Below, piece after piece: positions 1-10,509 of a stretch of DNA of 64,000 nt (its first letter is position 1; each line of letters starts with the position of its first letter). The notes below the pieces were generated by a model, which saw nothing but the letters and a program-made list of their open reading frames with translations, was not told where the DNA came from and did not search any database. The DNA is from a candidate division FCPU426 bacterium (lineage in GTDB: Bacteria; Oederibacteriota; JAAXVQ01; JAUVAV01), in assembly GCA_030637655.1 (NCBI GenBank), contig DAOWGI010000002.1, positions 40,355-104,354 of the forward strand. The letters run 5' to 3'. Both the position numbers and the translations under genes were made by a program.

Positions 1-3000
1 CATTCGCACGAGCCGGAACTTACCGCAGATGAGGTGGAAGCTGGAAAAACGTTTTGGCAGGAGACCTGGCTGGCCCAGGGTGATAGTGATCACCAGCTCG
101 CTGCCTGGCGGACCTTGACCGCGAGCTTTGGCTCGCAACGCTCGGCCTGGATAGCCAAGCTTCTAAAACCCAAGCAGCTGACTCTGCCCCCTGAGAGGGA
201 GAACCCCTTTAGAGTGCAGGACACAGTTCTAGAGGCACTAACGCAGGCCAACCAGGGTGTTGCTGAATATCTGCAGGCTGACCCTGCGGACGTAGAAGCA
301 GGGGTGAATACCCTTGGCAAGGTATCTGATGCTTTTAAAGCCATGGAGGATGTATTTGCAGTGGGAGAGAGATGGCCTATCAGCATTTATCAGAAAATGG
401 CCGGACAGCAGAAGCGCCTGCATGGCAAAATGATCGGTTTGAATAAACATCTCCAGCGGGCAGCTATTCCAGATTCGGATCTTCGTGAACGGGCGGCACA
501 AACATTAGGGAAGATAGGTGCGCAATACCATAAACTACAGAAACAATTTGCTGCAGCTCAACCCATTTCCAATCAGGCTTGGTTTAATGAATACGCTCGG
601 GAGGTTCTGCTTTTTCCTGAGGTGGCTGTTAAAGCGGAGACCTGGGCCCATGCGCCCCACACCAAAGTCCTGCCCGATCGGTTTGCTGTGCTTGCCTTGC
701 AAGACGGAAATTTCCAGCACATTCAAGTAGGCCGGCTGATACCGAATCCCCTCAACGTGGGTTTGAATCCGGAGAAGTTCAATCTGGATCTTTTTGCGTA
801 TGATGCAGAGGGTAACTTGAGCCTGGATGAGGATATTCAATGGATGACGGATTTCGACCAGGCAGTACAAAAAGGTATGGGACTGATTCTCACCTTGAAT
901 ACCGCGCAAGCAAATCAGGGGTTTGATAAGCTGCTGGTTCTGGGTGTGAAGGACAGCAGTGCCGCAGACGGTCAAGCTCGTTTGGAGGAGCTTCTTCAAA
1001 ATCATCATTATGCTGACGAGGGTATGGCGTTTCTGCCGATTGGGACACCTACCAATAACACAGCCGAGGGAAAGGCCGGGTATTCCAGTTCTGACAGAAC
1101 GGATGAGGAATCTTTTGCAGTGGAACGAAGAGGGGATTTGTTTTCTGTGCAAGAATCCGACCCCTGGCGCCAATCCGACGGCTTGCGTATGGCTGAGGCA
1201 CTGGGTATCACGGCCGATGTTTTCCAGAATATTGAGAACAGCCAGAGAACTGAGATCAGTCAGGCCTTGGTTATGAATCACGCTTTGTGGCATGGGACAC
1301 TCGGTTATTATATGGAGGATATTTTAGACACTTTTTTTGACCTGGATACGATTCGCAGAATGCGAAGCTTCACCACTCAGTATGTGTGCGGCCGAGGCCG
1401 GCTGCCTTCTCTGCGAATCGGGAGTCAACCTTATGGAATACTGCCTGTCACAGCGTTTTCCAAAATAGCCATCACCCCGGGAAATGTTCTGCCGGAAATC
1501 ACAGCAGCGGATGAGAACAATCCAACTCTGCACGAAGAGAAAAAAGCCCAGCGGTTTGCTATTCAATATTTCAAGCTGCTCGGGCTCATGCAAAATGAAT
1601 GGATGCAGCAGGCCAAGACCCAGGTGAAGTGTTCTGACAACACTGATCCTCAGGATCCCCAGCTGCATTTTATGACTATGCTGGGTTTGCACGCTTCTTC
1701 GGTAGAGACCTATCAGCGGTATAACCTGAACGTAGCTGACCGCCGGACTAATCCGACATCCCAAGAGAGCTCGGTCAATTTTAATGAGGGAGATTATTTT
1801 GGGCCGTTCGCGTTCTGGGCGAAATTCAAGGATGTCTTGAACACTTCACCTGAAGCTGAAAGGGACTGGCATAATAAGATCAGGCAAGCACGATTGTACC
1901 GGTCACGTTACTTGCAGACCCATTCCTGGTTAAAAGGTCCGCGGGTAGATGATAAGACTCTCTCAGAGAAAGCAAGCCTGCAGCCTGTTGAATATGACGG
2001 CAAGAACCAAACCTATATCGATTGGCTTTTGGGATCACACCTCTATGCTCTCTGGAATGATAATAATCTGGAGACATTACCCTCCAGGTCTTTGCTTTTC
2101 CTGCTGCTGCGTCAGTCCCTCTTGCTGGAGTACCGCGACGCGGCACTCAATGTATTTCAGAAAGAAAAATTGATCGATGAGAATATTCGGAGTCTGATAG
2201 GAGATCCGGGCTACTATTTTACATACTCGCCTTTTAAAAAAGGGCCTACCTTCATTACCAAATGGTCCTGGCTCTTCCACGGCATACAGAAACTGGACGG
2301 ATTGTATCGCAATGTATTTCCCGATAACGCTCCCTTAAAACTTCATCTCGGCGAACACTCGTTAGCGGAATTTCTCTATGATTCAGAGCACAATTCACTT
2401 TTTAATTCATACGCGCATATGGGCCAACATCAGCCGGCTATTGAGAGCATCAACAAAATGCGTCGCGCGGTTTCCGTGTTGAATGGCGTGCCTACCGCTC
2501 AATTGGACCGGCTTTTTTCTGAGCAGCTGGACATATGCTCTTATCGTTTGGATGCTTGGATATTGAGTCTGGCAAACGAACGGCTTGGTCAATGTCGCGC
2601 TCAGCAGCCGCAGGGAATTTATCTGGGCGCTTTTGGATGGCTGGAGAATCTCCGGCCCGGTGGGGAACGGGAAGTAGCGCCTCGTGTCCCGGATTCCCTC
2701 CAACGCCCCGGTGAACCACTGGTTTATACAGATGCAGACAACCAGGGTTTTATTCATGCGCCCTCTCTAAGCCATGCTGTGACAGCCGCCATTTTAAGAA
2801 GCGGATATAAGAGCAATCAAGCCACGGATGATGTTGAGAACCAGTTGGCAGTCAACCTGTCTTCGCGGCGGGTACGCGCAGCCTTGTATCTGCTGGAAGG
2901 TGTTCGTCAAGGTCATGAAATCGCGGCTCTGTTAGGTTATCAGTTTGAGCGCGGACTGCATGAACGTTATACTTCCGCCGGCTTGGAATTGGATGCCTAT

Positions 3001-5175
3001 ATTTTTCCTTTGCGCCGCAGATTTCCGTCAGTCGGAACAGTGGATGAAAACTTAGCCCGGACTGACGCGCAGACCCAGGTTGTCGATGGGCAGGCCTTGT
3101 TACAGGCGGTGCGCCAGAGTATTGAAGATTTGGATTCCGGACAGGATACACTCTTAAACATATTGGAATCACATCCGGAACGTTATCCCTTTGGAGTAGA
3201 AGAGTCCGGTACGAGCCTGCTGCCTCCGAATGGCACTCTGGAATTGCGAGCCATCTTTAAAGAGATAAACCGCATTGCCGACGCGTTTGACGCGTTGGGA
3301 GATCTGCTGCTCTCTGAGAGTGTCTATCAAGTCGCGCGCGGAAATCATACCCGGGCCGCGGCAGTGGTAACCGCTCTCTCTGAAGGGCGTTATCCGCCGG
3401 ATGTGCAAATCATGAAAACCCCGCGGGGTGGGATTGCGGTGACACAACGTGTGGGCTTGTGTCTGGCACCGGTTGACGGCCAAACGCTCTCGATAGCTTC
3501 CGGACTGCCTGAAAGTACGGTTGCGGGAAACATAGAAAACGCAAAACCTGCAGGCTGGGAAGAGGTGACATATAGCGTCAGGGCTTTAGCAGAACCTAGT
3601 TTAAATAAATGGCTGGGTGAAATGATAGGTGATCCGGACAAGGTCCGTTGTGTGGTTGAATATTCGGGTGAAGAGGGGACAGAGAGTATTCCGGTGACTC
3701 TGAAAGCTTTGGATATTCAACCCTTGGATTTGGTCCAGATGATGGGCGCCGGACTGGCTGAAGGGGGAAGCGAGCTGAATAACCGGATAGCTTACTGGGT
3801 CCGACAGCACAGGCAATTAACCGTAGCACAAGAGTTGAAAATATTTGTCCAGGAACGAAGTCAACGGCTCCTTCTGCCTGAGAGCAACGAATTACTGACT
3901 ACCGGTATAAAGACTTTTTATGAGATCGCACCGCTCGTGACAAATCTCTGGGAAGTAACCCAAGGAAGTCGGCCTCTAGCTGCCGATGACGTGATGATCC
4001 CCGAAGAAGAGCCGGATGCGCCGGCTGATCCCACGCGGCAGAATTTGTCAGAATATGCTTTCCGCCTTAGGCAAGCCAAGGCGGCCATGGAGAAGACAGG
4101 GATAGATATCCTTAAATTTTTTAGACAGACAGAGGCTGTCCCGGAGTCCCTGGCGGAAATTGATATCAAGGCTGAAATCTATTCCGATGAAACCATTGAC
4201 CAGGAATCCGAATACATTCAGACCCGGATAGACACTTTGCGGACCCTGCTTTTCCAAGCCTCTGCTTTTGGTATTCCGCAGGCAGTGCCTGAAAGCGCGT
4301 TTGAGTCCACCCCTGAGATCGGCAAAGCCTTGACACAGCAGGTCGGCAGAGTCTTGCCCATCCTGGTGAAGCGCTTAAAAGAGTATGCTCAAGCCATGCT
4401 GCACCAGACAGCGTCTGCTTGCGATGAAGCTTTCCGGAAAATATTTGGACGCGCCTTTAGAACTTTACCGCTGTTTGAATTGCGCAATAGCCAGGAGTTG
4501 CAGACAGTTTATGCAGCTCGGGATGATCTTCTGCGGCATGTGCGCAGGCAGGTGTCTGCTTTTTCCCTGGACTTGTGGTTCCAAAGTGCAGCCAAGACCC
4601 GCAAACGTTTAGGCCCGCTAGAGAGCGTTGCTCTACTAGCGGACACCTTTGGTCAGACCGCTCCCAGCCTGACAGCTTTGCAATTACCTTATCAAGCAGA
4701 TGATTATTGGTTGGGATTGGAGTTCCCCGGAGACTGGGAGATAGACAGTGACAAATTGTCTCTGGTCCTGGGAAACGCAGACCTGCTCTCTCAAAATAGC
4801 ACGCATTACGCGGGTTTAATATTTGATGAGTGGGTGGAGATTATTCCCCACAAGCAAGAGGTGACCGGAATTACTTTTAACTATGATCAACCCGGTTCCA
4901 TGCCGCCGCAGAGCGCCTTGCTGGCTGTGGCTCCCAATCAGACCGGGAATTGGTCTTGGGATAATCTGGTTTATACGCTCCTGGAGACTCTGGAATTGGC
5001 AAAACTCCGTGCGGTTGAGCCGGATCACCTGGATCAGACCTTGTTTTCCCAGATTGTTCCGGCAGTCATGAGTGAGGTTGTGCCTCAGCAAATGCAAGAG
5101 GGAGACGAGAATCCCATGGGAGTACAGATTGTTCTGGATTTTAAGGTCAACAATCCGCCTTCGGAAGAATCGTAA
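1..5175 (+). CDS. Large uncharacterised protein (>1724 aa), 5'-truncated by the window edge
   Basis: Frame is open from base 1 (HSHEPELTADEVEAGK...), so the true start is upstream. Stop TAA at 5173-5175. Conserved-looking blocks: GTPTNNT, LRIGSQPYGILP, SYRLDAW, GFIHAPSL, LLGYQFERGLH, DEWVEIIP, YDQPGSMPPQ. No recognised domain. Confidence 0.9.
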   Translation, partial: HSHEPELTADEVEAGKTFWQETWLAQGDSDHQLAAWRTLTASFGSQRSAWIAKLLKPKQLTLPPERENPFRVQDTVLEALTQANQGVAEYLQADPADVEAGVNTLGKVSDAFKAMEDVFAVGERWPISIYQKMAGQQKRLHGKMIGLNKHLQRAAIPDSDLRERAAQTLGKIGAQYHKLQKQFAAAQPISNQAWFNEYAREVLLFPEVAVKAETWAHAPHTKVLPDRFAVLALQDGNFQHIQVGRLIPNPLNVGLNPEKFNLDLFAYDAEGNLSLDEDIQWMTDFDQAVQKGMGLILTLNTAQANQGFDKLLVLGVKDSSAADGQARLEELLQNHHYADEGMAFLPIGTPTNNTAEGKAGYSSSDRTDEESFAVERRGDLFSVQESDPWRQSDGLRMAEALGITADVFQNIENSQRTEISQALVMNHALWHGTLGYYMEDILDTFFDLDTIRRMRSFTTQYVCGRGRLPSLRIGSQPYGILPVTAFSKIAITPGNVLPEITAADENNPTLHEEKKAQRFAIQYFKLLGLMQNEWMQQAKTQVKCSDNTDPQDPQLHFMTMLGLHASSVETYQRYNLNVADRRTNPTSQESSVNFNEGDYFGPFAFWAKFKDVLNTSPEAERDWHNKIRQARLYRSRYLQTHSWLKGPRVDDKTLSEKASLQPVEYDGKNQTYIDWLLGSHLYALWNDNNLETLPSRSLLFLLLRQSLLLEYRDAALNVFQKEKLIDENIRSLIGDPGYYFTYSPFKKGPTFITKWSWLFHGIQKLDGLYRNVFPDNAPLKLHLGEHSLAEFLYDSEHNSLFNSYAHMGQHQPAIESINKMRRAVSVLNGVPTAQLDRLFSEQLDICSYRLDAWILSLANERLGQCRAQQPQGIYLGAFGWLENLRPGGEREVAPRVPDSLQRPGEPLVYTDADNQGFIHAPSLSHAVTAAILRSGYKSNQATDDVENQLAVNLSSRRVRAALYLLEGVRQGHEIAALLGYQFERGLHERYTSAGLELDAYIFPLRRRFPSVGTVDENLARTDAQTQVVDGQALLQAVRQSIEDLDSGQDTLLNILESHPERYPFGVEESGTSLLPPNGTLELRAIFKEINRIADAFDALGDLLLSESVYQVARGNHTRAAAVVTALSEGRYPPDVQIMKTPRGGIAVTQRVGLCLAPVDGQTLSIASGLPESTVAGNIENAKPAGWEEVTYSVRALAEPSLNKWLGEMIGDPDKVRCVVEYSGEEGTESIPVTLKALDIQPLDLVQMMGAGLAEGGSELNNRIAYWVRQHRQLTVAQELKIFVQERSQRLLLPESNELLTTGIKTFYEIAPLVTNLWEVTQGSRPLAADDVMIPEEEPDAPADPTRQNLSEYAFRLRQAKAAMEKTGIDILKFFRQTEAVPESLAEIDIKAEIYSDETIDQESEYIQTRIDTLRTLLFQASAFGIPQAVPESAFESTPEIGKALTQQVGRVLPILVKRLKEYAQAMLHQTASACDEAFRKIFGRAFRTLPLFELRNSQELQTVYAARDDLLRHVRRQVSAFSLDLWFQSAAKTRKRLGPLESVALLADTFGQTAPSLTALQLPYQADDYWLGLEFPGDWEIDSDKLSLVLGNADLLSQNSTHYAGLIFDEWVEIIPHKQEVTGITFNYDQPGSMPPQSALLAVAPNQTGNWSWDNLVYTLLETLELAKLRAVEPDHLDQTLFSQIVPAVMSEVVPQQMQEGDENPMGVQIVLDFKVNNPPSEES

Positions 5176-5201
5176 TAGGATATTTTGATAAGGAGTTTGT
5201 T

Positions 5202-7103
5202 ATGGCACGTTATAATGATTCAACTTGTGAGCCTTTCCGGTCGTGGAACCGGTTAGAACCACGCTGCCGGAAAGAGGACTTTGACCGGGTCTTAAAGGCA
5301 GAGATTCACGATCCTCTCTGGCTCTTGACCCGTCAGTGGCAATTTGGCGAGTTTAAAGGGGAAGACACAGGTTCAGCCATATTCGCTAAACTGGAGATGG
5401 ATATTGTTAAATTATCCAAGTTTAAAGACCGGGTCAGTCCGGCCCAAGCCTATTCGGATAGTCTGCCTTTGGAAACGCGAATTGAACGCGAACCGATTCC
5501 TTTTGATTTTAAAACCCGGGTACAAATCGGGAGACAATGGTTCAAACTGTTGGAACTGCAGGGGGAACAGTTTAATCAGACGTCACCCGGTGAACCCTAT
5601 GTCTCGCATAGTTATAATAACCTCTTTTTTGAGAACTTTCCGCTTACTCTACCGGAGATATTGGAAAACGAGACCCAGGAAGCTGTGGAAAAAAGTAAAA
5701 TTCTAAGTGATCCGGCGCTGCATCAATTCCTCTCTGCTGTGACCGGGCGAGGTATAGATGGTGTTATTTTCTTCCAAAGCATTACTCAACCGGATTCTGA
5801 CGTCATTGGTTTACCCGCCTTTCTGAACAACAGTATTTCTCCAGCCCATCGTAATTTTATCTTACAGGCGGCAACCGCTTTTGCCGAGTGGTTTAGAGGA
5901 CTCTATTCACTGCCTGCAAGCGCAGGCGATGAGACCTGGTCTGAAGATCATTTGGAGTATCAATGTGCTTGCGCGCTGACAAACAAAGATGGGACGAATA
6001 CCGTATTAACAGCGGATGAGTTTTATCACAGTCATCTGGATTGGTATGCGTTTGATGTTGATCCAAAGCCGGATCCGGGATCCGGCTTAACTATACCTGA
6101 TACCCAGGTACAGGTGGAGACGAGGACGATTACGGTTATACCTACGGAGGCCCGATTTGGCGGTATGCCGAATCCGAGATGGTGGGAATTTGAGGACAGT
6201 TATATGGATCTGGGAAACATCCAGGCAGATACCACAGATGTGGCAAAAATACTCTTGTCAGAATTTGCTCTGGTTTTTAGCAATGATTGGTTTGTGATTC
6301 CTTGCGACCTGCCGGTAGGCAGTCTCTCACAGGTTAAGGGGATTGTGGTGACCGATGTTTTTGGACAGCGCACACTGGTGGAACCTGCCGGACAGGGTGC
6401 GGAGGACGCATGGTCGCGTTGGAGTATGTACAACCTGACAAGCAAAGAAACGTTGGAAGATGCAGTGCCAGCTGTGGACAGCCGGCTTTTTATTCCTCCG
6501 GCTATTGGTCAAAAGCAAGAGAGCGAGGCTGTCGAGGCAGTCCGCCTGGTTCGCGATGAGACGACAAATATGGTCTGGGCTGTGGAAACGCGCGTTCCGA
6601 ACATGCTGGGGACCGGACGTGACGGTTTGGATGCAGCGCGTGAATTAAAAGAGTATATGCAGAAGTTAGCAACCGCTTCGGAAACCAATATTCCAGAAAC
6701 GGAAAACCAGGCTCTGCTCAAGTATACTTTGAGCAACACGTTGCCGGAAAATTGGATTCCTTTTATACCGATACACAAACCTGGGCAGAATCGTTCTGTT
6801 GTTTTACAGCGTGGATCCATGCCCAGGATGTTTAGAGAAACGGTGATGCCGGTGCGTCCCCGCAATCAACTATTGCGCCCCGGTTTGCGTGCCAACAACA
6901 CGCAAGCTGAACCGTATTACATCTTTGAAGAAGAGGTCCCCAGAGCCGGGGTGGAAATCAAGAGCGCGTTCCAACGTACCCGCTGGTATAACGGCAAATT
7001 GTTTACCTGGTATGGACGTCAGAAGAAAACCGGGCGGGGAGAGGGCAGTAGTGGATTGCGTTTCGATATTTTGACAGATATTAAACACAGTCGGGAAAAA
7101 TAA
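5202..7103 (+). CDS. Uncharacterised protein (633 aa), probably co-transcribed with the upstream large gene
   Basis: AAGGAG RBS, 26 bp after the previous stop. Motifs WNRLEPR, DPLWLLTRQWQFGEFKGED, GMPNPRWWEFED, NDWFVIP, RDETTNMVWAVE, GRGEGSSGLRFD. Confidence 0.9.
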   Translation: MARYNDSTCEPFRSWNRLEPRCRKEDFDRVLKAEIHDPLWLLTRQWQFGEFKGEDTGSAIFAKLEMDIVKLSKFKDRVSPAQAYSDSLPLETRIEREPIPFDFKTRVQIGRQWFKLLELQGEQFNQTSPGEPYVSHSYNNLFFENFPLTLPEILENETQEAVEKSKILSDPALHQFLSAVTGRGIDGVIFFQSITQPDSDVIGLPAFLNNSISPAHRNFILQAATAFAEWFRGLYSLPASAGDETWSEDHLEYQCACALTNKDGTNTVLTADEFYHSHLDWYAFDVDPKPDPGSGLTIPDTQVQVETRTITVIPTEARFGGMPNPRWWEFEDSYMDLGNIQADTTDVAKILLSEFALVFSNDWFVIPCDLPVGSLSQVKGIVVTDVFGQRTLVEPAGQGAEDAWSRWSMYNLTSKETLEDAVPAVDSRLFIPPAIGQKQESEAVEAVRLVRDETTNMVWAVETRVPNMLGTGRDGLDAARELKEYMQKLATASETNIPETENQALLKYTLSNTLPENWIPFIPIHKPGQNRSVVLQRGSMPRMFRETVMPVRPRNQLLRPGLRANNTQAEPYYIFEEEVPRAGVEIKSAFQRTRWYNGKLFTWYGRQKKTGRGEGSSGLRFDILTDIKHSREK

Positions 7104-7143
7104 GGAAAGAAGACGATACTACGTATTTTACTAATCGTGCCAA

Positions 7144-7179
7144 CTAAAACACCACAGGCGTGAGCCTGTGGTGTTTTAG
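7144..7179. terminator. Perfect 16-bp stem hairpin; probable terminator or palindromic repeat
   Basis: ctaaaacaccacaggc-gtga-gcctgtggtgttttag, 40 bp after the 7103 stop. Confidence 0.6.
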
Positions 7180-7228
7180 ACAAAAACGTTTGTAATATTG
7201 AATGCGTGGTTTAGAAAAGGAGAACAAC

Positions 7229-7750
7229 ATGCCAAAACGTTTCGGGTACATACACATTTATACCGGCAATGGCAAAGGCAAGACCACGGCGGCCATGGGG
7301 TTGACCTTGCGGGCAGCCGGTGCGGGCCTGAAGGTCTATTTTATCCAGTTCTTAAAAGGCGGGAATTATTCGGAGCATAAAATGCTCAAAAAAATACCGG
7401 GTGTAACTTTAAAACAGTTCGGGCGTGATTGTTTGGTTAAGAAAAAACCGTCAGCCCGGGATATTCAAGAGGCGCAGCACGGTTGGACGGCTTTAATTAA
7501 AGTTCTTACTGCAGGCCGGCACGATATTGTGGTGGCAGATGAAATCTGTGTGGCACAAAGCTTAGGTCTTTTACGGGAAGCCGATGTGCTGGAAGCTATA
7601 CAGGCCAGGCCGGCACACGTGGAACTGGTATTAACCGGACGCCAGGCTACAGCGGCAGTGCAACGCTGCGCTGATTTGGTCACAGTCATGCAAGAGAAAA
7701 AGCATTATTATAAGCAGGGTGTTATTGCCCGGCGAGGGATTGAATTTTAG
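7229..7750 (+). CDS. cobO: Cob(I)alamin/corrinoid adenosyltransferase (CobO/BtuR family)
   Basis: IHIYTGNGKGKTTAAMG, IQFLKG, ELVLTGR, ADLVT, RRGIEF; AGGAG RBS before ATG 7229. Confidence 0.93.
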   Translation: MPKRFGYIHIYTGNGKGKTTAAMGLTLRAAGAGLKVYFIQFLKGGNYSEHKMLKKIPGVTLKQFGRDCLVKKKPSARDIQEAQHGWTALIKVLTAGRHDIVVADEICVAQSLGLLREADVLEAIQARPAHVELVLTGRQATAAVQRCADLVTVMQEKKHYYKQGVIARRGIEF

Positions 7751-7751
7751 T

Positions 7752-7821
7752 GTAGGGAACGGTCCCCCGACCTGAAGAATATAGAGGAAAGGGATTTCCT
7801 TCGGTCGCGACCGTTCCCTAC
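7752..7821. repeat. GTAG REP-like palindrome with an expanded or inserted centre
   Basis: Arms gtagggaacggtc (7752-7764) and gaccgttccctac (7809-7821), between convergent genes. Confidence 0.75.
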
Positions 7822-7828
7822 GCAGATT

Positions 7829-8137
7829 TTATGTGTCGAAAATACCGTAAATAGGCGGGCCGATCATAAATTCCTGGAAAGGAAGTTTGCGCAAGTTAAA
7901 ATGTTTTTGCATGGCATGTGTGCATTCTGCCAGACATTTTAAGTTATCATATTCCGCGTAGATTAGAATGGATTGGTTGTCCAGATAGGGTAATGAGGGA
8001 TCTTTGACCATGGAATTGACAACAGCAGTACGGCAGCCGGGCCTGGTTCTTTTGAAGGCGGAGTAGTGTTCGAACAATTGGATAGCCTCGTTTCGGACCT
8101 CGGATTTTAGCTTGAGAATAGTAATTTCTCTGACCAT
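7829..8137 (-). CDS. Small hypothetical protein, possibly ABM/dimeric alpha-beta barrel-like
   Basis: AGGAG RBS before ATG 8137; MVREITILKLK...PGC...ILIYAEYD pattern. Confidence 0.6.
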   Translation of the reverse strand: MVREITILKLKSEVRNEAIQLFEHYSAFKRTRPGCRTAVVNSMVKDPSLPYLDNQSILIYAEYDNLKCLAECTHAMQKHFNLRKLPFQEFMIGPPIYGIFDT

Positions 8138-8227
8138 GGGGCACACTCCTCTTGGCAATAAAAACAATGCTATCATATATAAGGCATGAGTTGTGGTCAA
8201 TGCTTTTCGCTATGGAATAAAATTAAA

Positions 8228-8490
8228 GGCAGATTGTAACTCATATTGCAACATTACCTGATTGCTACACAAATAGGCAAATAGTTACTTTATCCTTAAA
8301 AAACTCACCACAAAGGCACTAAGGCTACAAAGGTTCACTAAGCAGCATAATGATTAATAATTAAGGTCTATCTTAGGCTTTACTTTGTGTATCTTAGTGT
8401 CCTTTGTGCTTTTGTGGTGGATCTTTTTCTTTAAGTCTTTATAGTTCAATAATAAATGATAAAATGTTGCACTTGTGATTACAATTCACC
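8228..8490. mobile_element. Non-autonomous MITE, family A copy 1
   Basis: Near-identical to 40847-41108. Imperfect TIRs (ggcagattgtaactcatattgcaacatt / aatgttgcacttgtgattacaattcacc). Flanked by a 16-bp direct repeat atggaataaaattaaa (8212-8227, 8491-8506). Confidence 0.88.
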
Positions 8491-8637
8491 ATGGAATAAA
8501 ATTAAATAATTAGCAAAAATATATTTATACTCAAACCGAATCATCTTATAATACAAATCACTGTCTTGGGTATCGAAGTACGAGAGCGGAAATGAAGACA
8601 TAGCTGATAGTATTGGCAATTGTGATACAGAAGGAAA

Positions 8638-9198
8638 ATGTGGATGGAAATAATCATTAATCAGACCAAGCTTAGCCTGGAAAAAGGGGATATTACCAAA
8701 TACCCGGTGGACGCTATTGTGAATGCAGCCAATCCCTCTTTGCTGGGAGGAGGAGGAGTGGACGGAGCGATTCATCGGGTAGGTGGACGAGCAATTTTGC
8801 ATGAATGCAAACAGTTAACTACCAGGATAGGGAAACTCGCAACCGGAAAAGCAGTGATTACCACAGCAGGTAATTTGCCGGCCAGGAATGTGATACATAC
8901 TGTAGGACCGATATGGCAAAGAAATACGGCTGTGGCCCCTCGACTGCTGGCAGCAGCGTATCGGAATTCTTTGAGTCTGGCCGATGACATGACGTTGCGA
9001 ACCATAGCCTTTCCTTCGATTTCCACTGGAGCGTACGGTTATCCTATTCAGGCAGCGGCACACACGGCACTATCGACAGTAAAAGCGTATCTGGAAAAAA
9101 GGACTTTTTTACAGCAAGTCATTTTTGTGTTGTTTTCTGACGGTGATTTGGAAGTATATAGCCAAGAATTGTCAAAGTTAAATACTACACCTGTGTAA
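8638..9198 (+). CDS. Macrodomain protein (O-acetyl-ADP-ribose deacetylase, YmdB-like)
   Basis: GDIT, DAIVNAAN..LLGGGGVDGAIH, VIHTVGP, AFPSISTGAYGYP; start may be ATG 8644. Confidence 0.93.
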   Translation: MWMEIIINQTKLSLEKGDITKYPVDAIVNAANPSLLGGGGVDGAIHRVGGRAILHECKQLTTRIGKLATGKAVITTAGNLPARNVIHTVGPIWQRNTAVAPRLLAAAYRNSLSLADDMTLRTIAFPSISTGAYGYPIQAAAHTALSTVKAYLEKRTFLQQVIFVLFSDGDLEVYSQELSKLNTTPV

Positions 9199-9246
9199 CA
9201 TATCGGCGAAGTGCTGTGCTTTGTCAAATAACCCGGAAACGTAAGC

Positions 9247-9276
9247 TGTAGAGACGCGATTAATCGCGTCTCTACA
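9247..9276. repeat. GTAG REP-like perfect palindrome
   Basis: tgtagagacgcgattaatcgcgtctctaca; identical to 54474-54503. Confidence 0.9.
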
Positions 9277-9295
9277 TAGAACCAGGAGGTACGTC

Positions 9296-9973
9296 ATGGT
9301 TAAAAAGTTGGGTTTAGGAGTTCTAGTTCTGATGTTTTGTTGTTACTCATCGCTGTTGGCAAAGACAACAGCGAAAAAACAGGAAATAGATCCGAAGAAA
9401 CCACGCCTGGTGATGGTGCAAGTTCCTTCATGGAAAACCACTTTTTTTGGGTTGCCACAGGAACTGCCCTTGTTGATAAAACCGGGTGAAAAATTTACCG
9501 GGAAGTCAAAGCATTATGATTTTACAGAAGGCATATCCGCCATGGAAGTCTTTATTGCCCTGCGTCCGAAAGAGCAGCAGAGTCAGGCCTACCGGTTGTT
9601 CATTAAAAAATGGCCGTTGTATCAAAATTTTTTTAAAGCCGTGGAGCAGGAAAAGTATGCTGAGGCAGCGCAGTGGTTGGATACCATTATAGGTATTGAT
9701 CCGAAAGAACCGGCTGTGCACTTTTATTGGGGAAGTTTGAACACCCAAACAAAAAAATACGCGGCCGCCGAAAAGAGTTACCAGGCTTGTATTGAAGCCT
9801 ATCCGGGATACGGACCTGCCTATATTAATTTAGCGCGTTTGGTGAAATCCAGAGGAGATGATACCCAGGCACGCGTACTTTTGAAAAAAGCGTTGGAACA
9901 ATTACAGGACGGTGATCAGGACGATGCCAGACGCATAGCACAGAAAATGTTGGGAAGTCTTTCGGGAAAATAA
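9296..9973 (+). CDS. Exported tetratricopeptide-repeat protein
   Basis: N-terminal signal peptide; C-terminal TPR-like helices (AVHFYWG, YPGYGPAYINLA); AGGAGG RBS. Confidence 0.8.
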   Translation: MVKKLGLGVLVLMFCCYSSLLAKTTAKKQEIDPKKPRLVMVQVPSWKTTFFGLPQELPLLIKPGEKFTGKSKHYDFTEGISAMEVFIALRPKEQQSQAYRLFIKKWPLYQNFFKAVEQEKYAEAAQWLDTIIGIDPKEPAVHFYWGSLNTQTKKYAAAEKSYQACIEAYPGYGPAYINLARLVKSRGDDTQARVLLKKALEQLQDGDQDDARRIAQKMLGSLSGK

Positions 9974-10032
9974 CGAGTAAAATATTCAGTTGCCAAGGAG
10001 TTGGCAATCCATTTTAAGGAAGGAGATTGTCC

Positions 10033-10509
10033 ATGGTGGAATTAAAGCAAATCGAGTCAGGTAAGTTGTTGTGCCTTGAGGCCAAAAGTTCATTATTGGA
10101 TGTCAGTGCGCTATTTCAGCAGATCAAGGACTATACCGGAGAACGTAAGGTGCCATTGAAAGGGGATCATCTGGTAATTGTGTACGATCCGCCCGAGGCG
10201 ATCAATCGGGAACAAGCGCACTATGCAGCAGCCGTGGAATTGGCCGGGGATTGTACCGGGGACGGTGAGTTAACAGTAGTTGTGCAGAGCAATATGACGG
10301 TGGCGTATGAATGTTTTCAGGGCCCGTATGAGGGCTTGGCGGACGTATATCAAAGGATTATATCCTGGATTCACGACAAAGGCTATCAGGTGGCCGGACC
10401 TGCGCGCGAATTTTATCTGGTTGGACCGCCGGCGGATCCCGCCTCGTTTATAACAGAAGTGCAGATTCCGATCCGGCGTTTTAGAGCAGGAAACAGCAGT
10501 GAAACTTAG
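10033..10509 (+). CDS. GyrI-like small-molecule-binding domain protein
   Basis: FQGPYEGL...WIHDKGYQVAGPAREFYL...TEVQIP. Confidence 0.85.
   Translation: MVELKQIESGKLLCLEAKSSLLDVSALFQQIKDYTGERKVPLKGDHLVIVYDPPEAINREQAHYAAAVELAGDCTGDGELTVVVQSNMTVAYECFQGPYEGLADVYQRIISWIHDKGYQVAGPAREFYLVGPPADPASFITEVQIPIRRFRAGNSSET

Noticed and set aside
535-1293. 252-aa minus-strand ORF
   Set aside because: Antisense shadow of the large plus-strand gene; no motifs.
8479-8802. 107-aa minus-strand ORF
   Set aside because: Overlaps the macrodomain gene in antisense and ends in the MITE; probably spurious.
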